Shown here: positions 53,807 through 64,000 of the stretch, in pieces | Numbering within the stretch: position 1 is the first letter of the stretch | Layout: each line of letters opens with the position of its first letter | Assembly (NCBI RefSeq): GCF_006345805.1 | Contig: NC_043004.1 | Coordinates: 56,544,001 to 56,608,000 of the forward strand | Reading direction: 5' to 3' | DNA length: 64,000 nucleotides | Source of the DNA: Octopus sinensis | Taxonomy: Eukaryota | Translations under genes and position numbers: made by a program | Notes under the pieces: model-generated | The model's database searches: none | What the model was told of the DNA's origin: nothing | What the model saw: only the letters and a program-made list of their open reading frames with translations

Positions 53807-54262
53807 ACACATACATACACACACACACACTCACACACATACACACACACACATATATATATATGAGGAAAACAAGTTAAGGTAGAAGATGATAAAATAA
53901 TTTTATCCTGAGAAACATTTTATTACCGGTTTCACTCATTGAGGCTTTTCAACTTTAAGTATGGAAAACAATTAAATTGTGGAAAAATTAAAAGAAAAGA
54001 TATTTAAAATATATTTCCATAGTATTCAAATACAAGAGGCATTTTCCTTGTATCTGCTTGTCACTGTCACTCTTTCTTTTACTCGTGTGTTCCTTTTCAA
54101 TCTTCTATACACACACACACACACATTATATATATATATATATATAATATATATATATATATTATATATATATATATAAATATGTACATGTGTGCATGTA
54201 TATATATATATATATATATATTTAAAAAAGGAGATGTGGAACACGAGTTGTGATATATAAAA

Positions 54263-54582
54263 AAAGGAAATGAAGAAAATGCTGACAAAATAATTTAAGT
54301 AAGGAAGAGTGTATTTAATTAGGTGAAAGTTGTTTTTACCGGTTGCGCATTTGCTATGCTTATCAAAAGATATTTTTTAAAGAGAGATAGAGTTCCTTTC
54401 TGATAGATTTTTTTTCCTCTAATCAGATAAGATGAAAAAAATCTATCAGAAAGGAACTCTATCTCTCTTTAAAAAATATATTTTGATAAGCATAACAAAT
54501 GCGCAACCGGCAAAAAGAACTTTCACCTAATTAAATACACTCTCCCTTAAATTATTTTGTCAGCATTTTCTTCATTTCCTTT
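54263..54582. repeat. Fold-back with ~150-bp arms and a 19-bp spacer
   Basis: Arms 54263-54415 and 54435-54582 are reverse complements with a few substitutions and small indels. Confidence 0.93.
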
Positions 54583-54654
54583 GATATATATATATATATA
54601 TAATATATGCAAACATGTTTAACCGTATTAACATACATATGTATGTATGCATAC

Positions 54655-54703
<49 letters not shown>

Positions 54704-55126
54704 ATTCAACTACGGTAGTAGTTGAATAATATGCGTAAGGCTGCAATTTACTCATGCTCTGAATATTCAAAGCTTTGTCGCTAATTCAGTTCTTAACCAA
54801 ATTGAAAGATGTTAATTATTTTGAAGAGGACTTGTCCTTAGCTACATTTTTGCATAACGAACAATTGAGAATTGTTCCAGTAGAAAAAAAGTTTACACCA
54901 CAATTTGTAGCAACACTATAGGAGAATAAGTTACGACTCAATCAAGTTTAGAGTTAAATGATTTTTTCATTTTAAAAGCAGAATATACGTATCTTAGCTT
55001 CAATGATAGAAGAAAGTATGCGGAATTTCATAGTTTTGATCCCATGCACAAAAATTTGTAACAAAAAAGTTCTGAAGTAAAATATCATGAAAATATATAA
55101 GTAAGGCAAAAAATTGGATCTAAGTA

Positions 55127-55618
<492 letters not shown>

Positions 55619-57232
55619 TATAATTACTTTTTATTATTATTTTAAAAGCAAATTCTATTTTAATCAAGCTTAAATGCTAGAGCACAATTCCAGAATGTTC
55701 ATGGTATCAATCTCATGCAAAGAGGATTTAAAAGAAAAAGTTATGAGAGTTTGTTTCTTAAATTTGAGGATGATAATATAGTTCAATACGTTTTTATGAA
55801 TATGATTCTATAAAGGGACTTTTAATATATGTCACCGACATCATTGAGGTAATTAAAGAAAAATATCAACGACACTGCCCATTTTCAATTTGTTTAATTA
55901 CGACATATGTATTAATCAATGCAATCATATCATAAAGATGAAAAAATTAAAATATTATTTAGAAATTTTGGCAATAGACTAGCCATTTTGGCAATCTTTC
56001 GTTTTAAGTCGAATTCGTGTGCGTACAGCTGAGTGTTACCATACGGCGTTTGGTAAATTCCGTAAAAATCTTTATTTATTTTCTTGAGAGGAATTAAATT
56101 TTTTATTCAGTTTTCAATAAAGTATGATCTTAAAATATTAATTAACACATTATTAAATAGCATAATAACATAACATGGAAAAAATATGCATTACATAGAA
56201 AAATGCGCGCAAGTAAAGTGACATTCTTAAGGTTATCAATCTCGAAAAGTACAGGACAAGTTATTACATCTGGTAAAGCACAGTACAAGAAAAATTCTAC
56301 TTAAAATATTGCTGCTAAAGATAAAATGTGAATATTAAAAATTATTTGATTTTAATTTACAAAGTGACATTACAATTAAAAAGGTAACATCAGTTTTATG
56401 CAAAGTAAAATAGTATATAAGGTAGGCAAATTCATTATGTAAAAAATAGGCATTGGGTCACGACTAAAAATGTGAAGAGTTGACAATAACTTAGAAAATA
56501 AGTGAAGCAAATTTTACTGTGAATTTGTTCTTATAGGTAGATTTTACTGTAATATATAAATATTTTTTGTATTATTCTATTTATTGTACTAATTATGTAC
56601 TACTATTATTTTTATAACCTATTTTCAAATTTGTATTTATTAATTAATAATAAAAATAATGTATTTTTTTAAAGTGCAAAACATATTTTAATTGAATTAT
56701 TTTTTATTCGTAATAGAAGTAACCAGTCATAATAATTAGAAGAAATAACTTGTAATACAATTTTTAGTTTTAATAAAAGCTAATGTTTTCTAAATCTAAA
56801 TATTTAATTTGAAATTGCATCCTTAGCTGTAATAGTTTAAGTAAAAAAATTCTTGAACTGTACCGGATATAATAACTTGTCCTTTACTTTTCCAGGTTTA
56901 TAATCTTAAGAATATTATTTTTCGTGGTCGTATTTTTCCACGTATTTATATATATATATATATATATAAATTGAGGGAGATAAATTAATATTAATTTTAA
57001 TATCAATTTAAAACCAGTAGTCCAGCATTCAAAAAATCTGAGGAGTCAGAGAAAATTCAAATATATGTGTATATTGGCAGGGCTGGCCTGCTAGGTAAGC
57101 CGGCCAGAATGCTAGAAGAAGATCATCAACGATCAAACTACAAGGGAAATTCTCTAGAGGAAGAATTCAGCGAACACCAGAACCAACTTTGGCGGGCAGG
57201 ACATATGAAAAATTAAATAAATAACAGACTTA

Positions 57233-57308
57233 AATGCATACCTCGGTTTCGGTCTTAACAAAAGAATTACTTGCATAATTCAAGTGTCCGTGACTTCTTC
57301 AGTACATT
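57233..57308 (-). ncRNA. Type I hammerhead motif with a long loop II
   Basis: Minus strand: aatgta-CTGAAGA-a-gtc-(~40 nt including an acttg/caagt hairpin)-gac-c-GAAA-CC-GA-GG-TA-tgcatt; 6-bp helix I, GUA triplet. Confidence 0.6.
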
Positions 57309-57480
57309 CGGTCCTCGTGATGCAAACCGCAAGACTAACCCCAGCTCTCTGTGTCAAGACAGACACGTGCTTAGTCTTACTGATTACATCGGGAATAAAA
57401 TTTAAAATGTCTTGGTACTGGCGCGCTGAGAGACTCCTGAAGCGAAGGACTGCAGTGAATAATTCACTGCGGATAGTGCT

Positions 57481-57526
<46 letters not shown>

Positions 57527-57606
57527 AAACTCATTTAGAAATGGATGCGTGCGTTCCATCATATAATAACAAATTAATAATAAAACATATGCATATATAC
57601 ATATAT

Positions 57607-58038
57607 ATATATGTACGTACCTACATCTACATGTATATATACATGCATATATGGGTACAGGACACCAAAAACACGTCGAACACAATGTGAAACGAAAACA
57701 TAAACACAAAACGAAGTTAAATTGACATTCCTCTTAAACAACGAAAAAATAGACATACAACACAAGGAAAATTTCCCTTCTTCAGTCGCCTCTGTTTCAT
57801 CTACTCCACGCTTCGAAGGTACGAAACACGGAGTAGATGAAACAGAGGTGACTGAAGAAGGGGAATTTTCCTTGTGTTGTATGTCTTGTACTCTATTTTT
57901 TCGTTGTTTAAGAGGAATGTCCATTTCCTTGGTTTTGTGTTTATGTTTTCGTTTCTCATTTTGTTCGACGTTTTTTTCTGTGTTCTGTACCCATATATGC
58001 ATGTATATACACATGTAGATGTAGGTACGTACATATAT
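57607..58038. repeat. Fold-back with ~200-bp arms and a 22-bp spacer; Penelope pLTR-like content
   Basis: Left arm ends at 57807 and right arm starts at 57830; diverged arms with indels (for example an extra ~8 bp in the right arm). Confidence 0.9.
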
Positions 58039-58689
58039 GTATGTATATATGTATATATACATACATATATAATCATTTTGTTCGTTAGAAGAGATAACCA
58101 CGAGTTCGAGAAAAGAGTGAAAATACACGTTAAGGTGGAAATAGCTCGAAATAAAAACACTGAAAGCTAAATTACCTTTTAGCTCGTGAAGAATGACAAG
58201 AATGATAAAACGAAATTAGAAATAACAAAAACTTCATTTATACAAGTTAAAAGATGTGTGTATAAGTTAAGCAATGGAAAGAGATTTAATTATATTGCTA
58301 CGAAGAGAACATGGTTTGTTTTTTCTTTTTAATACTTATATATATAACAAAAGACAATATTATAGGGACACGTGTTGGAAGGAACAGTATATTATATATG
58401 CGGAATATTAATAAATCGTTCAGCGATTTTAATGGGAAGTGGGTTAGTCGGTGTTTTGAGCTACATTATTTGATTAATGTTTCATGTTATTTTCCCAGGA
58501 AGGGTGAAAGTAAAGTTGATTTCGACGGGAATCTGAACTGTAAGCATAAAGTGAGGAAGAAAATATAGTTATATTTCGGACGTTTTTATGACTCACTCAA
58601 CAGACCTTCCTAACGGAATATTTATAGAATAATGTTCATACATAGGACGTAAGGGGCCTAACTCTAACGTCATTAGACATATAGGCTTC

Positions 58690-59145
58690 AAATTTTGTAA
58701 CAAGGCTAGCTATTTTGTTGGAGGGGATAAGTCAATTACATCAATGCCAGTGCTCATCCGGTACTAATTTTATCGCCCCAGAAGGGATGTAAGGCAAAGT
58801 CGCCCTGTAGTGGAATTTGAATCCAGGACGTAAAGGCGGATGAAATACGACTTACCATCTAAGAAGCTAACAATTCTTCCTCCAATACATATTGTTTCGG
58901 TGCAAGGCCAGCAGGTTCTGACGAAAGGGCGGGGGTAGTCGATTACATCAACCCCTATGTTCAACTGGTACTTATTTTATCGATCTCGAAATGCGGAAAG
59001 GTAAAATGCTAAGTGGAATTGGTGGAATTTAAACTTAGAACGTAAGTGGAATTGGTGGAATTTAAACTTAGAACGTAAAGACGGACGAAACGCCGTTAAG
59101 TATTATGCCTGATGAGCAAACGATTCTTCAAACGCACCGCCTTAA
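58690..59145. mobile_element. Two tandem degenerate SINE-type remnants with a ~28-bp local duplication
   Basis: gtc(a/g)attacatcaa...ggtact...ttttatcg...ggaatttgaa...gtaaa occurs twice; taagtggaattggtggaatttaaacttagaacg occurs twice. Confidence 0.55.
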
Positions 59146-59339
59146 CGTTATTAAACTTATTAAAATAAGACTTTTTGAACCGGTAGTGAATAACTGTGAT
59201 ATGAAAAATGGGATATCAGTATGTGTTAAACTTTTATTTATTAAGAGATGTGTCTAAAATACGACGGAAACATGCTCTGTTTGAAAGAGAATTAAAGATG
59301 ACAGGGTATATATATAAATGCGAGTGACTATATATATAA

Positions 59340-60574
59340 TCTCTCTATATATAAAACTGAGAATGTGTGTCTATCTGTCTGTGTGTTTCCCTAAAACTTG
59401 AGAACTACAGAACCAATTTCATTCAGATTTTACACATGCCTTACTTAGGGTCCATGTAGTGTCATGGGCAAAAGAAAAATATTTAACTTCTTGCCTAGAG
59501 CGAGCCCACAGCAATATAGATATCTGCTCCACTATTTCAGTATTACGTGTTAAAAGTGAAACAAAAACACCTCTCTATTGTATGTATATGGATGTATATA
59601 TATATTACAAAATATAAAGTTATATCTTGAGATCGTTAGTGACAACAACGCTCAAAATATATAACAGACTGTAATAGTAGTGCTCAAATGAGCTGTATAC
59701 ACTTTTTAATCCGAGGGGAGGCAATGCGAGCAGCAACTACAAGAGCACTACAAAATCCACAGAAAGATCAAACACATACATATATTCATATATTCATTTA
59801 TATTTACAGAACAGACATAAAGCCCGACGTTTAGAAATATATAGTAATATGTAAATATATAAACATCATATAAAAATATATTGTACGCTTAAGATCCACT
59901 CAACGTTCCATAAGAAATTTAAAAATAAAAATTGCAATAAAAGTTAGAGGTAACAATAACAATTGAATTAAATATAGTAAATATAGTAAGTAGTAATTAA
60001 ATAAATTTTATTTTATTAAAATGGTAATAAATCGTAATAAAACAATTAAAAGAAAAAATAGTAATTAGTATAAAATGTATCAAAGACTTGAACTCGAATA
60101 TGTGGCTTTGAATGAATGGGAGAAATTAAAAGATGAAAAATTTAATTGAGTGCAGAAGTGTGCGCATATCACTTACTATAGCTGCTAGATTGAATTATAT
60201 GCTCATAAAGTAGCATTCAGTATCTATGAGAATTTTTGGGAGTACGTAACGTCTGGTCTTTCGCATGTAGCAGGTATGTAATTGTGTATTTGTTCCGTGT
60301 ACTATGTGTTGTGTGTAAAAAACATCCTGACGAGGGGAGTTGTCAATTTTAAATATGTATGTTTCATATTAATTGGTGCATCTCCGAAACGGCCGATAGA
60401 TGAACTTTTATGTATTTTTGTAAGTTTGTATATTTATCTTCTATGGATTTTTCTCTGGAATTTTAATTCGTCTTTTTAATATATCATTGTATGTTTTATT
60501 ACCCCAAATCTTTAATTTAACAAATTTATACCAAACTAGCACTATGACCCGGCAACGCCGGGTCATAATGCTAG
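59340..60574 (+). mobile_element. 1.24-kb non-autonomous Helitron
   Basis: A|TC start, perfect 10-bp stem atgacccggc-aac-gccgggtcat (60544-60566), CTAG|T end, no TSD. Confidence 0.88.
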
Positions 60575-60607
60575 TATTATATATGTGTGTGTGTGTGTGT
60601 GTGAATG

Positions 60608-60982
60608 TGGAGACGCTATGGCCCAGTGGTTAGGGCAGCGGAATCGCGGTCGTAGGATCGTGGTTTCAATTTCCAGACTGGGCATTCCGAGTGTTTCTTG
60701 AGCGAAAACACCTAAAGCTCCACGAGGCTCCAGCAGAGGTGGTGGCGAACCTTGCTGTACTCTTTCACCACAGCTTTCTCTCACTCTTCCTGTTTCTGTT
60801 GACCTTGTATTTCGATGGGCCAACCTTGTCACACTCTGTGTCACACTGAATGTCCCGTAGAACTACGTTAAGGTTACACGTGTCTGTGGGGTACTCAGCC
60901 ATTTGCCCGTTCATTTCATGAGCAAGCTGTTCCCCGGATCGAATCAACTGGAACCCTCATCATCGCAACCGACGGAGTACCA
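60608..60982 (+). mobile_element. tRNA-derived SINE (second family), full length
   Basis: Head ggagacgctatggcccagtggttagggcagcg...ggtttcaatttcc; tail ...gcaaccgacggagtacc. Confidence 0.85.
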
Positions 60983-62529
60983 CGCGCGATATATATATCG
61001 AATAAATTATGACGTATTTGTTGCATGACAGAATTACAGTTAAAGGCGGCAATAAATCTAAAATATTATATTGATAGACGTGTAAATTGAGACGTGTAAT
61101 CATACGTTATTTTTCACAACTTTCATACGATTCTTCTGCGCGACATACAACCATATTCCATAAACGACTGACAAACGAAAACATATATGCACACATACCT
61201 GTATATAAAACACAGTAAACACTAGCTCAATATGCGTTTGTATGTGTGAGTCTATGTGTGCGCCTCTGCGTGTGTGTAAATAATAGACGAATCAATTATT
61301 CTAGATGTTATCTGTCACCAGTATATTTAAATATTATTCGAATATTATTTTGATTTTATTTGATATGAATTTAAACTATGCACTACTTATAGCATCGAGA
61401 TCAACTAAGTTCCTCCCCGAAACCGTCCAAGCATAAATTTTACAAAATTGAAGAAGTATTATAAAATATTATTTTTTTCTTATTTAATTCACGCATTTTA
61501 CATATTATATATATAATCGAACATTCTAATCCTATTCTCTCTAAGAATAATTTAAATAATCCCTTGTAGAATTTTACTCTATACGTAACACATACAATCA
61601 ATACCCAGTTAAGCACAACTCCGTTATTTGCTCTGATTATTATGAATTTTGTATTGCATCTACTTCAAGTATTTTGAATAAACTCATTTTTACTTGACTA
61701 GACAAACCTAAGTATTCAGTATTGATCGTTAATTTTATCCCTTTGCTATTTTAACGGATTTAAGTGAAGTCGTATTAAATATTTGACCTCTTTAATTTCA
61801 CTTGAAATAAACTATTAGAACATTCTAATTAAATATTTTTTCAGAAATGTGTAAATAGGGAGAGAAATAAAACATCATAACAACACTTTTTTACTGCTAG
61901 TCCCCTCCGGAGAAACAAACGTGTTCTATAAAATATGCGTAATATTATAAGAAGTATGCTTTATTTTTTTACAACATGTTAAAATTCTTAATATTGATTT
62001 TCCGTCAGTGTAAAGTGTGGTAGCTTTCAATGTGGGTTATTTTTAAACATTAATGTCTTTTTTCGAAATATCCTTTGTGAAATACTCGTAACTTCTTCAA
62101 TCCTTACACTTAAATCTTCCTCCTTGCTTCCTTTAATACATTTCTCTGAATATCTATACATTCAAAAATGTTTCTCAATGTGAAAAATGTTAGTTATGTC
62201 CTACAAGAAATTCATCTTTCTCATAAATTAAGAATTTCAGCATAGATACATATATGCATATATATACACCCATTATAGCGTCAATTTATATATATATATA
62301 TATATATATACATCACACACACACACATACACATACACACACATATATATATGTAAATGTATCTTCTCAAGCCATGCCAAGCTCATGAGGGCCGGTTTCC
62401 CGGTTTCAGTGGCGTAGAAATTACCCACCTGGACAAGATTCAGGTCCGTCGTAGTATGTATGTATATACAAGGTAAATTGAACTTATTATTCTTTAAGCA
62501 AAATAAAAGGAAACATTTAGTTTCATATA

Positions 62530-62940
62530 GGCGCAGGAGTGGCTGTGTGGTAAGTAGCTTGTTTACCAGCCACATGGTTCCGGGTTCAGTCCCACTGCGT
62601 GGCACCATGGGCAAATGTCTTCTACTATAGCCTCGGGCCGACCAAAGCCTTGTGAGTGGATTTGGTAGGTGGAAACTGAAAGAAGCCCGTCGTATATATG
62701 TATGTATATATATATATATATGCGTGTATGTGTGCTTGTGTGTCTGTGTTGTCCCCCTAGCATTGCTTGACAACCAATGCTGGTGTTTATGTCCCCGTCA
62801 CTTAGCGGTTCGGCAAAAGAGACTGATAGAATAAGTACTGGGCTTACAAAAAGAATAAATCCCGGGGTCGAGTTGCTCGATCAAAGGCGGTGCTCCAGCA
62901 TGGCCGCAGTCAAATGACTGAAACAAGTAACAGAGAAAAG
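62530..62940 (+). mobile_element. Octopus-type tRNA-derived SINE, well preserved
   Basis: ggcgcaggagtggctgtgtggtaag...gggttcagtcccactgcg...gactgaaacaagtaa. Confidence 0.92.
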
Positions 62941-64000
62941 AGAGTAGTAATACGCAATAAGTTGAGGCAATATTAAATGTAGGGTTAGGTTTATTGTATA
63001 TTTCGTGACTAGAAGATATTCAAAGTTTGGCTAACGACTTACTCAAGCGTTTTACGTGTGCTGTTAGTTGTGAAACTTGCAGTCGTAGTCAACAGAAAAT
63101 ATATGTGTGTGTAGGAATATATTGTTTCATTCGCTCTGATGAACCATTTGCTGATTTTCAAGCGTATTAATCAAATTCTCTGATACATACTCTCGTAAGT
63201 GTCAGCTTCTTATTTAGTTCAGTTCTTGCTCTGGGGTTTAGTAAGATTTGTTTGACACCAGTGCTAAAGAGTCATTAGATGGCCTATATATTACGCTTTC
63301 TTACTAAAGCGTTTCTCTACCTATGGATCATAGGCTATCGACGACTTTTCACCGCTGTTCTTGGCTCAGGCTGTCCATGCTCAGGAATTTTTGGTTTCTA
63401 ATTGTCATCAATTCTCTGGTGTTTGTTTTCTTTTTCTAGTTAATGGCGTTGGCCCGGCGCAATATACATTTTAACTCTACTAAAAGTTAGTCCTCTATTT
63501 TTTTATCTTTCCTGCATGGGTGGTATTACCAGAAGTTTGAACTCTCATGGCAAAGCTCTGAGAGTTGATGTACACAAGCCGTCACCTCACTACCACGACT
63601 AGACCTTATGGTTGAATGTTTTATGCGATGAGAATAGCTTACTTTATGGATCGATTAATATACCTAGCTGCTACTGTTATGACTAACACATTTGTTGTGT
63701 ATACATCCTGAGGAGATGATAGAAACATAAAACAAGAAACAAAACGAGAAAAATCGTTAAAAAGTACTTTAAAGAGAAATGGGAATAAAGGTTATGCTCC
63801 CGTAACCAGTTAAATGAAGACTATTGTTAATGATTTCATCTAACAATATGTATGCATAGTGGGAGGTAGTTAAATGAGGAAATGCTGAGGTGTGTTGAAT
63901 TGTTTATTTAATTATGTGATGCAGTGGACATCTTCCTGTTGCATGAGAGAAACTCATGGAGATGAATGTATCTTGTAAATATTTCTCTCTTCGAAGATCT

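Noticed and set aside
57811-57873. Type II hammerhead formed across the 57.8 kb hairpin centre
   Set aside because: GAAG replaces GAAA, there is no UH triplet, and helix I does not pair.
57574-58170. Four overlapping ORFs of 98-184 aa
   Set aside because: They are mirrored products of the fold-back and TA repeats, with no protein features.

Overview
AT-rich, microsatellite-dense eukaryotic DNA. The SINE and LINE repertoire looks like coleoid cephalopod, most likely Octopus; this is inferred by recognition, not by a database search. I found no intact host protein-coding gene, rRNA, tRNA or CRISPR array. The window is a stack of transposon fossils: two tandem Tx1/L1-clade LINEs sitting in (TATC)n (14-2275, 2455-8375); a DD37D maT-type and a mariner DNA transposon; an RTE fragment with an internal 4x duplication; a deleted Ty3/gypsy element; a piggyBac fossil; a CR1/Jockey-type LINE; a cluster of R4/Dong-like RLE LINE pieces in (TAA)n (44.7-51.8 kb); three non-autonomous Helitrons; many tRNA-derived SINEs; and several Penelope-like pseudo-LTR remnants. 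The most notable observations are: (i) apparent (TATC/GATA)n target specificity of a Tx1-like family with conserved 3' stem-loops; (ii) four readable minimal type I hammerhead-ribozyme motifs plus degenerate ones; (iii) four long fold-back (palindromic) structures, two of which involve hammerhead-like sequence and one of which is an exactly tandem-duplicated imperfect palindrome. Fossil boundaries are approximate unless terminal motifs are quoted.
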